Shown here: positions 23,766 through 35,962 of the stretch, one piece after another | Position numbering within the stretch: the first letter of the stretch is position 1 | Layout of the letters: every line of letters starts with the position of its first letter | Origin: Carcharhinus longimanus | Lineage: Eukaryota | Assembly: GCA_030264375.1 (NCBI GenBank) | Contig: JASCQW010000150.1 | Coordinates: forward strand, 36,125,803 to 36,189,802 | Reading direction: 5' to 3' | DNA length: 64,000 nt | Notes under the pieces: generated by a model | What the model was told of the DNA's origin: nothing | The model's input: only the letters and a program-made list of their open reading frames with translations | Databases searched by the model: none | Made by a program: the position numbers and the translations under genes

Positions 23766-24090
23766 TTTAAATAGTGAATATTTGATACTTAAAGGAATGC
23801 ATCAAATGGAATAAAAACCAACGTATTTGTGTAATGTTTGTATAAATACAGCTCTAGATTTTGTCCTGAACAGTCCCTCTCAAAATAACATTGCAAAGTT
23901 CCTACTGTGACCCCTGGTGTTTGTTAAGTTTCTCACCCATTCCAGGTAGCCGGTTTAGACTGCACTGATATGCCAAAAGCTGAATGGGTGAAGTTGTCAC
24001 TGCAGAGATGCCAGTTTAACTTCAACCCAATCTCCTTCAACTTTTAAATGAAGTGCGATTAGCTTTAGGGAAATAACTATCAGATAACAC
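23766..24090 (+). other. Second copy of the Ig-upstream non-coding block
   Basis: Aligns to 7624-7950. Confidence 0.75.
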
Positions 24091-25009
24091 AATGCACTTA
24101 GAAGTTAGTAAATATGTTTAACAATCTTTGTCATTTATTATTTAATAGGTTCTTATGAGATAGTCAGGTAGCTGGCAAGTTATGGTATCAGGCCTTTTCC
24201 TCTTGAGCATATCAGTGTTAAAACAGTACTAACACGTATGATAAAATTATCTAACATTAAATGAGAAAGTTTGCCAATATATTGTGGGAGGGCTTGAGGA
24301 GGGTACAATAACATGTGCTATATCAATGTATGAATTTTATAAAAGGATATGTACTGAGAGGACCGCTAGATAAAAATTATTTTCTTGTCCGATATTTCCC
24401 AAGGGAGTCTTTGTTTGCCTGCTTCTTCTATCCAGGGCTAGAATTTAAGTGGCAGATCACATCTTTAAAACAAGAATTCCGTGTTCCCCTTTCAGAATGA
24501 TGGTAATAGAGAATCCATCGATGGGATGCACCCGATACATCTACTTGAACCAAAAAAAATTGCTATCATTTGTTCTGGTGTTGCCATCCACCGTGACCAT
24601 GTTTACCACTTTCACAGTGAAGTCTGAAGGCTGTTGGAGTTTGACACTCCCTATGTAAAAGGGCAGGTTTTCAAAAAAAAATGAATGTTTAAAAGTTGTT
24701 CCGTGCTCTGCCGACCTCTAAAATAACTTTGCAACATTTGTAAGGACCATTATAAAATGTCTGAAATGTTTCCTTTACTGTATTGAAGCATCTCAGCATG
24801 TTACTTGAAGTATGTAAAGCCGGAATATCATTGTTTTTTGTGTGGTCATTTTGTAATGTTAGTAATATTCTAATTTATGAATAAAGCATATTTTTGGAAA
24901 ACATGCTGCCCCTAGTTTCTTCCTTGGGAAACTATCTTCTGTTTGAAACGTGATTCAGTCTTTAACTGGACTGATGTGTCACTACATCAATCTGAATCTC
25001 TGACACTGA

Positions 25010-25057
25010 ATGAGAGGCTGGGAGGCTTTCAGATCCTTGCTCTGATTGGTGTGTTTG
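25010..25057 (+). pseudogene. Possible orphan Ig leader exon (1-nt frameshift)
   Basis: ATG..CAG ATC CTT GCT CTG ATT GGT GTG TTT G|gtaaac; 48 nt, hydrophobic QILALIGVF, donor in phase 1 relative to that frame; no V follows. Confidence 0.3.
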
Positions 25058-25325
25058 GTAAACTATTCTAATATTTTACATTTCATAAAAACACTTTAAT
25101 TTTTTCTTTGTGCAATATTTTCCAATTGATACAATTTAATAATGGATGAAATTCTGAACCTCAGTACCCAGTACTGTGTCAATGACATTTTACTGCCTGT
25201 GTGGGTGTTGCTGTGAGTTCATTCCTTACTGTCCCACACCAGCAGGAGCACTGGGAATACGTGAAGGCTGATTAATGCTGGACTGGAAAATCTGGAACGT
25301 GTTTTCTGTGATTTCCAGGATCCGG

Positions 25326-25399
25326 GATAACTGTATGGATTGAACCCTAGAACATCACACTGTAGTTGTTTGGCCAAGGGACCAAACTCTTAGTTGCAG
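25326..25399 (+). pseudogene. Ig light chain J segment 2 with inactivated RSS
   Basis: gataactgt + 23 nt + cactgta (essential position mutated), then LFGQGTKLLVA G|gtaagt; flanks align with 9810-10320. Confidence 0.85.
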
Positions 25400-26760
25400 G
25401 TAAGTGGCTGAAAACTACCCCTGCAGAAGTGTGAATTTGTAGATGTAGTAATTCATTTACAATTTAAACTATTCTTCAAACACTTGTACTGTGTGAAACT
25501 GCTGACTCTACGTTTAACGTCTAACACTTTCTGTAAATTAGTCTTATGTTTTCACATCAGATCTGTTTGACGTCTTGATTTGTGCTGTATTTCTAGTACT
25601 AATTGTTTAGTGCTATTTCTCTGAATTAACGCAGCGTTTCTAGCTTTGAATGTGCTGTATAGCTTTTTCTATGAGCACACATGTCGCTGTCTATTAATTG
25701 ACTAAGTAATTTTTGAGTAGTTGAAGGTCTTGTTCGTGGCTCAGAGGTGGCATCCCTTCCTTGGTGCCAGAAGCTCTGCTTTCCACTCCTATTGCAGGAC
25801 TTGATGACTATGGAGGTATCATGACCAAGCAGTTGGGTTACGAGTCTGTAAACACTCCCTCAACAGCAGGAGAGTCTCCTCATTGGCCAGACTGCAGAAG
25901 GCATACCACTGCACTACATAATCATGGACCAATCCAGATTTTGGGGCATTGTACTTTAAGTAGGAGGAATTTTGAGTGCATTCAATTGTGCTCAGCTCTA
26001 TTTTTAATTCTGAAAATTAATAGAACCACCTCATTCTCAAAACTCTGCACGAACATGGAAACAAAAGCAGAAAAAATCTGGCTCAGTATAATCTGGTTTG
26101 TTTAAACCTAAGATGGAAGGAGTGGTATTGGAAAGGTATAATTGTAAAGTCTGGATGTATGCACATGAATGATGCAGAGTTAAGAACTGAAATTGAGGAA
26201 TGCTGTGCAAAGATTTAGGAAAAGCAATTCTGTTCTTAGCCCCAGCAGCAGAGATCACTAATTCATAGTGAAAGTCAGTATCAATGTTATCCTTAACTAG
26301 GCTGTTGAAGTCAACTCAATTGTCCAAGATGTATACGTTCATTGGCTGATGCCAGTCTTGGGCTGGAGCCTTGGGGAGAGAGAGTTATTAATAGTCTAGT
26401 ATTTCAGATTACTATAATAATCCAGAGGAAGTATTCAAATGCCATTGCAATAATTGGAGAATTTGAATTCCATTTATTCAAACGTTGCATTTTTGTTGTT
26501 AAAAACCCAAATTGTTCAATATCTTCAGGAAAGTTTGGGACTTCAGTTCCACACCAATATGTTAACTGCCCTCTAATAGCCACTCCATTGTATCCAACAG
26601 CTATCAATGGTTCAAGATGTAGACCCATCATCACCTCCGGGCAACTTAATGAGGGACTGTTGCAAGTGATGCCCACATTCCAAAAATTAATGGGGGAAGG
26701 GATTGCAGTGTAATCCACTAAACTATCTATATAACTTGTTTCCTCTGGTTCTGATTACAA

Positions 26761-27068
26761 TTCAGCAATTCCCTGACCCTTCAATAAAACTGCTGGGACC
26801 TTTAGTTGATGAGTTGTTCACTACAGGCCCATTAGTTTGTCTAGTCAGCAAACTATCTACGGGCTTTACTATGGTCATTTGATGGGAATCTGATGAGCAG
26901 TGATGTCCAAACCAGTGTGACGTCACAGAACTCAGACAACACCTTCAGTCTCAGCAGCAATTGACAGTCACTGGCAGAGATTGGAGCAGTGAGAAGGTAT
27001 ACTCCTGTACAGTTCAGCAAGGAGCAGCTTCAAAAACAACCACAACTGCCTCACAATCCAACTGTTAA
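26761..27068 (+). pseudogene. Ig light chain C pseudogene 2 (sigma-type)
   Basis: Acceptor mutated (ttacaa); QQFPDPSIKLLGP..LVCLVSKLSTGF, stop at 26880-26882, indels, ..DNTFSLSS..DWSSEKVYSCTVQQGAASKTTTTASQSNC*. Confidence 0.92.
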
Positions 27069-29169
27069 ATAGATGAAAGTTTCACCTGAATAGTAGGAAA
27101 ATATTACGCTGCTTTTTCTCAACATACCATTTTCTACCTCGATATCTATTGCATTTTGTGCTTTGTATTTGAAGTGTTTGTACATTAAACAATTTTGTTT
27201 TACCCTAATTCAGAACCCTCATGAAGGTAAATGTGGCCAGTCATTGAACAGTGACTTGCTCAGCACTAGCAATGGATTTAATGAAGGTGGTTTCTGATGC
27301 GCTACCATCTTCAACAAAATCAACGTAAACAGACTCAATTAAAAACAATTGTACAGGGAACCAAGCGTATTTTTCTTTGCTGTCTGCCAGTCAATGCTGC
27401 AACAAAAATGAGTAGAATGACTATATCTTTAGCTTCTGTATTATTTCAGCTTTTTAACCAGTTCACTAGGCCTGATATGCAGGCCCACTTTTAAAAAAAA
27501 TATAATACAGGAAATTTAGACCACAAACTCACTTAACCAGGAATAAATTAACCTAGTCAAATTCCACAAGTTCCCTGTATGTTGGCAGGACTCAAAAGCA
27601 GAGAGGATGACAGATGTTGCCCTGTTGTTACTGCCAACCTTTGAAAGAGAGATTAATTTTCCAGTGAGCATTAACCAAAAAACAAAATTTCACCTTTTCA
27701 GGCTTCAACAAATCAACTTAAGTAATTAATACACCAAACTAAGGGAAAAGTCCTTGTTGGATTATCTAATTAATGCAACAGAGATGATCTATAACCACAC
27801 TGCGCTCTGACAGATGTGTAACAAACATAAAGGAACAGGTTGTAAGTTACATCCAGCTTTCTAGCAGGCTCACTAATTGCCACGTTGGATTGAAAATCCT
27901 TTGTATCTTGAGCAAGTATTTATTCCCCATTGTATAGCAGAAGGGAATTCTTCAGGAAGTGAAATTACATGCATAAATTGGAAATCAACTATGAAGAAAA
28001 TATGGGCATGAGAATTTTACGAACTGATTTGATGCATGTCACTGGAAAACAAGACATTAAACTTGAGCTCATGTTCTCTCTCTGTCTTCCAAGCAAAGGT
28101 ACAGTGCCTTATCTTCTTATGTCCACCTATTGGTTATTTTTAGCAGACTCCTTGAAGCCTTCTCCTGGGCCCTGAGTGGACCGCAAGCTCTGAGAACTAC
28201 TGCTCTACATTGTTCCAGGATTGTGGCAAGATGTTTAAATGCAAATCAACAGCTGTGACACGCGCCTAACTGGGAGCTGATCTGGAGCCACAACACCCAG
28301 GAAATGGCTATTAGCTGAATATGTCTTCATGTCAGATACCATGATCAATGTGAAGTGGCTTGGGATCCTCAGTTTGAGGTTTCTTCGATGAAGGTTTCTC
28401 CCCATCTGTAACATAAGAGAGGTCTACAGGTGAGGAGATCCAACATTGTACTTTACATTGGAGCAATCTTAAAAACATTAAAAAAAGTACTTGATCAAGC
28501 ATTTTTTAGGGCTAGGTAAGGACTTCATCCCTTTTAAGCCAGGTTTGTTGGGAAAGCATTTGACAAAAAGGGGGCAGGGATTTGTAGAAGCTCCTTTCGG
28601 AGATCATAAAACTCTCGGTACTAGCATAATAGTTCCAAACCAGAGTGGAAAGCGGAGCAGGTTGCAATATCGGGCAGATCTGTTTCTGTTCAATTTCTTA
28701 GTCTGTTATTCTCAGCTTGTTCATTTTCTGTGCTGAGTGTGTAATGGATCACCAAAATTATGGAAGTAAGTAATCTCACCAAAGTGCAAAGGGTGGGGTT
28801 AGGCACAGATTTCTGTTTGAATCTAAGGTTATATTCACTTGTAGACTAAGGTAACAGTATTCATTGAATGACTGATCTCAGAAAGCCACTTCGCATGCAA
28901 TGTAGCTGAACTTTCGAGTGGTGCATCCTATGTTTGAACCAAAGAATTGAAAGAGCAATTTTGTGACACGATTGACAGAATGAGCTGATACTATGCCAGG
29001 ATACCCAGATTGGTCAAGGATATGCAAACAATGTGTTCTTTATTCACTCAGAAACAAGCGTTAAGGAAATGGAGCATGATTTTGGGCTATTTAAAGAGTC
29101 GGTCAATAGTTTTCAGCTGAGGTGCTTTTGACTCATGCAAAGTTGAAGCGTGTAGTGAGTTGCTGAGTT

Positions 29170-29450
29170 AAGAACATAAGAAATAGGAGCAGGAGTAGGC
29201 CATCTAGCCCTTCAAGCCTGCCCCGCCATTCAATAAGATCANNNNNNNNNNNNNNNNNNNNNNNNNNNNNNNNNNNNNNNNNNNNNNNNNNNNNNNNNNN
29301 NNNNNNNNNNNNNNNNNNNNNNNNNNNNNNNNNNNNNNNNNGCACAAGGACCCCGAGGTCCCTCTGCACCGTTGCCTGCTGCAGTTTTTCGCCACGTAAG
29401 TAATAATCCTTCCTACCATTATTCCTACCAAAGTGGACCACCTCGCTTTT
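29170..29450 (-). mobile_element. CR1/HER1 LINE collapsed around a ~100-N gap
   Basis: KSEVVHFGR..QRDLGVLV before the gap and the same tail as 14528-14602. Confidence 0.75.
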
Positions 29451-30839
29451 GTTGATTGGAGGAAGGCAGAAAATAAAATTTGTTTGCATTGGTATGGGAG
29501 CAGTAGTTACAGGGCTACTTGTTTCATAGCCAAAACAGGACTTGTGAAGGAACAGACAGGAAGGGGAACCTCTGCAAATCAGGTGATGAAAGAGGGCTCT
29601 GTACAGAAGAGCCACCATTCCTACACTGCACTGAATCAAAAGCCGTTGGAAGTCTTACTTCACAAAGGTTGTGCCACCTTCTTTATGTGGGCCCTGAGCC
29701 TCAATTGGTCAAGGTCCTCCAGGAAGATAATAGTATCCTTAAATTGTATGTTGTTGGTTCCTTCCAGATGAGAGCAAATGTCACGTGCACTTCACAAATT
29801 GCTGTGCATAGAACCATAAGGGAAGCCAGAGTGGCCCTGTTTAGAAAAAGAGGGCACTTAATTCTTTCGCTGAAGATGAAAGGGTACATAATATTTTCTG
29901 GATAACAGGCTTCCTGATGTTGTATTTATGTGATTGCAGGTTCCCCGCATCAATGGGGCGTGATACTGCAATTACAAGCTATCACTCACCCAAGCCAGTT
30001 GATATGTGAACTTGGGAAATATCTACTATCCTGGCAACACCTGTGAAGCTTTTATCCTATGACAGTTGGCAATTCTCATTGCCTTCTGGCCTGAAAAACG
30101 TAACAGGATAGTTGCTCAGGAACAACAGCTATTCACTCTGTGCATGGTTCATGATTTCCTTCTGCCATTCCACCACTTGTAAAGATGCACAAAGAAGCAA
30201 CTTACCATCATCCGGATGACTTTGGCAAAAGCAGGTGGTACTAGTTCTGTAGCATTAAATGTCCATCTTCGAAGGTGCTGACATGATGGTTACATGCTGG
30301 TCCTCTGCGAGTGCCTTCGATTACAGCCTTCTCCTTCAAGAGCGGACAGACTGTGTTAATGGGCTTGGGTGAAGTGTTTGCTATAGCTGAACTGCGTACA
30401 TTCAGAGGGTGAGATGTGATATGCAGCTGTGAGGAGAGGTCATTAATTGTTTTTCCAGCACCGCTGCCATTTTGTCAAAATTATACTTTGTGCATAAACA
30501 ATCCTTGTCATGTGCTCACATTCCTTGCAGATATTCAGGCTTCCTGCCCGACTTCCCTTCTTCTCTGGCATCGTTAAAGCTGAGAGTCCTTTCCTTCATC
30601 TGGTATGCCAATATCTTTCTCCATCAGTGTTCCAAGTAATTCTCCAGTAGCAGGCTGTGCATTGCTGCAATTTCCCTTAGAGATAACACCTTTTAAAATG
30701 GAAGGTTACCTCAAGCACATACTTTCTTCACAAGGTTGTTTGGTCCCCTATAATGTGTCAAGGAAACTGAGAGCACATTGGAGTCCAGTGCAGCGCCATC
30801 AGAGAAATGACGATGATGCACAAATTTTACTTGTTACCC

Positions 30840-31730
30840 ACCTTGTTTCCAACAGGATCCCATTCCCAAAAATTGGGCAAGCTAATTTTTCGCCCAATGC
30901 TTCTGTTTATAAAATTAAGGACCGTGTGTGCACTTTTAACAATCTTCTCAACTTGTGTGTCCATCTTCAAATATTAGTGCACATAAGTCCCAGATGTCTG
31001 TTTCTGGATGCCCTTTAGTTCTGTATCATTTACTTTATCGTTATGATGCCTCTGTCATTCTTGCTACAAAAATGTACCGTTTCACCCTTCTGTCATCTGC
31101 CAGGTTCATGATCACTTCGCAGTCTCCCTATGTCCTCAAAGTCTCTTAATTTCCTCCTCACTGCTACATTTGAGTTTCCTGTCATCTGCATATAGGGCAG
31201 TTGTCACAAAACTGGCCTCTGGGGAACACCACTGCATACTCCCCTCCTGTCCCTTAACCCATTTTGTACCCACGGTGTCACTGCCACTATAATTTCATGA
31301 GATTCAATTATACTAATAGGTCTGTTATGTGATATTTTATCAAACACCTTTAGAAAGTCTATACATGAATCAAATATCCCACCTTGATCAACTCTCTCCA
31401 TTACTTTACGGAACAAAGCAATCAAGTTAGCCCAACACATTTGGTCTTTAACAAACCCATGCTGATTTAGTTATTAATCCATATTTTTCCACGTGAGAAT
31501 TAATTTTGTGCTGACTGGTGTGTAATTGCTTACATCTCTCTCCTTTTTTGAACATCATCATGAGCAGTTGCAATTCACAAGTTCTCTGGCACTGTTTCCA
31601 GACCGAGAGAATTGCAAGATCACAGCCAACGTCTCTGCAACTACCAATGTTACTTCCCTCAACAACCCAAGATGCATCCACTTACAACGCTGACTTGCTA
31701 CGTTGAACATTGCCAACCTTTTAAGTAGCT
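30840..31730 (-). mobile_element. Old CR1 LINE RT fragment
   Basis: CWANLIALF..IDFLKVFDKISHNR..SGVPQRPVL. Confidence 0.7.
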
Positions 31731-32479
31731 AATCTTTACTTTATTCACATCAATTATTTTGTTTACTACCTCTTCTTTAGCTGTGGCATTAATGGCATCA
31801 TCTTCTTTAATGAAAGTGATTTGGTATTGCAACCATGCCCCTTGCTCCATGAGATATAACACCCTTTTGGTCACTAATTGGTTTATGACATTGCATTAGC
31901 AATCCAGGTTATGCATTCAAATCCCATAAAAGCAAGTTGGAAAACTGAATTGACTTAAGTGGAAATAGAAAAAAAAGCCTTGAAACATGTTAATTAAGGG
32001 GGTTTTCACAATAGCTTCATTGCAGTGTTAATGCAAGCCTACTTGTGACACTAACAAATAAACTTTAGAAATACGTTAATTAAGCTAGGAATAAGCCGAC
32101 TCATATCTTAAATGAGAATTTCTACCCAGTGTGTGTCCATGGCAATTATTTATAGCAGCATCAAAAACTGCATGCATGAACTATCTTGGTTGTCATTGCA
32201 CAATGGGAAAATTTATTAAAAGGTGATCTGCCATCTGCTAAATTTTTGCCTCGGATTCCAGCAAGAATTCAACTCATGATCACTGGTTTACAAAACTAGT
32301 AGGCTAGCCGCTGAGCAATGAAGCTAACAAGGTACCAAATTTCACAGATGGGAAGATCATGCCATTATCAGACTTAAAAAAAAAGACTATGTATGGAGTA
32401 TGGCAAATCATATTCCATACACAGCTGGATCATTGAAGAGGCTTTCCCACAAAGTTGTATTTCCTGTTCTTTTTGTGTC

Positions 32480-32685
32480 AAGCTTTTCGATTTGGGAGTG
32501 TTGGGGGGGGGCAGATACGGCATTAGGGGAGTTGGGGAGTGTGGGGGGGGGGACAGATGAAGCATTGGGGGAGTTGGGGGGGGTGTGAGGGGGGGAACAG
32601 ATGAGGCATTGGGGGAGTTGGGGGTGTGAGGGGNNNNNNNNNNAAGCTTTTCTATTTGGGAGTGTGGGGGGGGGGAGCGGGGTGG
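32480..32685. repeat. G-rich minisatellite (~41-45 bp units) next to a small gap
   Basis: Three units of cagat..gcatt.ggggagttgggg..gtgtg. Confidence 0.8.
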
Positions 32686-33394
32686 TGGAGCTATGCTGTG
32701 GCAGTCAGGTGATTGGGTTTTTTTTCCTTTGGACTTTCAGTTTCTTTTTGGGCAGACTGTGGTTTGAAAACAGTTGAGCAGCAAGCTAAGGAGCAGTCTC
32801 TTTCTCTTCCTTTCTCTTTGGTTTGATTCTGCCTTGAAGAAGCTGTGTTTTGGGAAATAGATTTGACTACAATCTCTCTGAGTTTCTTCACAAGGGAGTT
32901 TCAGCATTCAACCCAGGAGACTGGATTCCTGTAACAAGTGGGCATTAACCTATGCTATATTGTTTATTTGGAGGATTTTGTGTATTGGAAGTTGGTTTTG
33001 GTTGGAACACATTAGAGATATTCTTTAAGAGTTATACGTTATCGTGGATGTTGTGTTTCTTGTTTGTAATTGTTAAAAGGTTTTGCTAAGTGTCTTACTG
33101 TACATATCAACAATATTCTTAATTAAACTTTGTTGTTGATAAAAGCTCTTCTTGGGTCAGTGGAAATACACCTGAAGTGAAACCTTTCATGCTCATCCTC
33201 GCCAAATTCAACGTAAAACATTACAGGTTAGGCAAGCTTCACAGAACACCTTGGAGTATCCAACCTGACTTTTAACAATTGGCGAAAACCATTAGCAGTA
33301 AATAACTGTTTTATATTGCACGTTATGATCAAGAATGCATTGGATGAATGGGTGTTGGAAGCAGATTCAGTAGTACCTTCCAAAGCACTATTGG

Positions 33395-33855
33395 CAGCAT
33401 GGTGGCAAAGTGGTCAGCACTGCTGCCTCTCAGTGCCAGGGATCCAGGTTTGATTCTGTCTTGGGGTGACTGTGTGGTGTTTGCATGTTCTCCCCATGTC
33501 TGTGTGGGTTNNNNNNNNNNNNNNNNNNNNNNNNNNNNNNNNNNNNNNNNNNNNNNNNNNNNNNNNNNNNNNNNNNNNNNNNNNNNNNNNNNNNNNNNNN
33601 NNNNNNNNNNTCAATCGATCGGGTCCTCCAGTTTCTTCCCACAGTCCAAAGATGTGCGGGTTAGTTGGATTGGCCATGCTAAATTGCATCTTAGTGTACA
33701 AAAGATGTGAAGTTGGTGAAATAGCCATGGTAAATGCATGGGATTAAGGGGATAGGGCAGGGAGAGTGGCCTGGGTGGCATGCTCTTTTGGAGGGTTAGT
33801 GCAGAGTCGATTGATCGATGGCCATCTTCTGCACTGTAGGGAGTCCATGGTTCTA
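33395..33855 (+). mobile_element. HE1-like V-SINE interrupted by a gap
   Basis: Head, V-domain and tail all recognisable. Confidence 0.8.
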
Positions 33856-35496
33856 TAGGATAGACACTCAAATAGGACAAATATTGGAAAAGAGCGAATT
33901 GGCACAAAGGGTCAGGGAGCCTCCAGTACTGTACGATTCTGGCCTATGAAAAGCAATCACTCTTTAATTAGATAATTTAGCTACTGAGTGAATTTTTCAC
34001 ATAAATAGTTAAAACCTCATTGTGAAAAACTCTCAGCTGAAAATTGCTTCTCTGCCATTTGTTGAGCTGAAATATTGCCCAAAATATGTGCTTTCACTAA
34101 ATGTTGTATATTTCACAACATAAACAAGTCTACCTAATGAATTGTCTTGTGTCTTGTCATGCCTTTATCAAAGCTTTGTTGGAAGTTCTCAACATGTCCC
34201 ACTAATCTGGGTTTGACCTTTTACTCGACTTACGAACTAATGAGCTGAATTTGCTTCTGAGTTTTTTCTTACGTAAGTGTATGCATCTGTGAGGGAAGAA
34301 AGACACTTGTTTTGATGATGCATTTCTATAGCTTTTATTTTATCTATGAATATCAGAACTTATACTAACAGTAGATGAAAGGAAATAATACCTTATGTTA
34401 ATGCTAGTTAAAATCAAAAGAAGTTGAATGTTGAGAACAATCCCGCCTGTTTTTACTGACACTAGTTGATTATGAGAGACACATATATAAAATACATCTT
34501 CCTTATTTTAATTTGTTTTAAAAATAGTTACATTTTCAAAGAAAACACAGCAGGAGAGAAATAGAAGAGACAGGACAAGGGAACTAGCTTGAGTGAGCAG
34601 GCCCCAAAGAACAGCATAAAGGGGTGGGGCGCGTGATTAGTCCAAAAGAGTACGAGTTAGGGAATCATGGTGAAAGGGGAGGAGAGATAGTAATGGGAAT
34701 CTGAATAAACGGGCAATATAGTGGAAGTGACTGAATGAAGGAGTTGCTGAAGGAGACGTGTTTACGACAATCCCACTTCACGCCAGACAATCATTACATA
34801 CCACTCTGAAGGAACAAACAAAATGCAAGCAGAGGAAAAGAGAGACTGTTAAGCAGAGAGAAACATGAGAAGAGCCAGAGAGAGAGACAGAAGCAGACAG
34901 AGAGAAAAAGCAATACAAAAACTACAATACAGCTAGGAAATAATTGATGTTCTGTAATTTAAAGTAAAATGTCAGGTCATACAATGAAGCAACAATTTCT
35001 CATAAAGCTGCAAACTCCAACTGTGAAACTCAAGTAATCTATTAATGCAACAGAGAATGAAGTATTGTATTAAGCTCATTGTGAATAAGTTTGGAGGTCT
35101 GGTTGACAGGTGAGTGCATAGTGAAATGGTGCCACACAGGTGCAAATGTAAGAAATAACAGCCATCACTTGCAAATCATACAGCTGTTCCAAACAGCACA
35201 ATAACGGAGTGTCTTGGGACCAACGGTGGAGGGTGGAAGCCGCATCCAAGGCTGGATTCCAGCACTGACGATCCAAAGTTGTCTTGTTTTGTTGGAACAC
35301 TTGTAAGTTATAAAGGGGAATGAATAGCAGGAGATGTATTGCAGACTATAACATACATTATGAATGTATATGTGCTTTTTTATTCCATCGTCATGTTGCT
35401 CTGGTCTCAATTACAGCTCAGCAACTTGCTGATCCTTCAGCAAAAAACTACTTGGCCTTGAACAGAATTATCCACCAAAGGAGACGCCCCACAACT

Positions 35497-35830
35497 GGAG
35501 CAGCACAGTGGTTAGCACTGCTGCTTACAGCGCCAGGGACCCGGGTTCGATTCCCGGCTTGGGTCACTGTCTGTGTGGAGTTTGCACATTCTCGTGTCTG
35601 CGTGGGTTTCCTCTGGGTGCTCCGGTTTCCTCCCACAGTCCAAAGATGTGCAGATTAGGTTGATTGGCCATGCTAGAATTGCCCCTTAATATCCAGAGAT
35701 GCGTAGGTTAGACGGATTACTGGGTAAATACGTAGAAATATGGGGGTAGGGCCTGGGTAGGATTGTGGTCAGTGTAGACTCGATGGGCCAAGTTGCCTCT
35801 TTCTGCACTGTAGGGTTTCTATGATTTCTA
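35497..35830 (+). mobile_element. HE1-like V-SINE inserted in C pseudogene 3
   Basis: Near-full head, V-domain and tail; aact present on both sides. Confidence 0.88.
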
Positions 35831-35962
35831 ACTCTTTGCCTGGCCAGCAAATTATCCATGAGTTTCGCTGGGGCTAGTTGGACAGTCACTGGGAGTCCAA
35901 AAACAGTGGGTTTCCCTATCCATCGCAGTTGTGGAACACAATCTCAACAGCTACCTGGTGGT

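Noticed and set aside
28230-28420. Minus-strand ttacag|atggga resembling the V acceptor (inverted V?)
   Set aside because: The translation has no Ig Cys/Trp framework and there is no RSS
28850-30700. Faint Academ-like transposase motifs
   Set aside because: The hints fall on opposite strands and are too degenerate to support without a search
31900-35416. J or V segment for unit 3
   Set aside because: No GxGTKL motif, RSS or spacer homology found by eye
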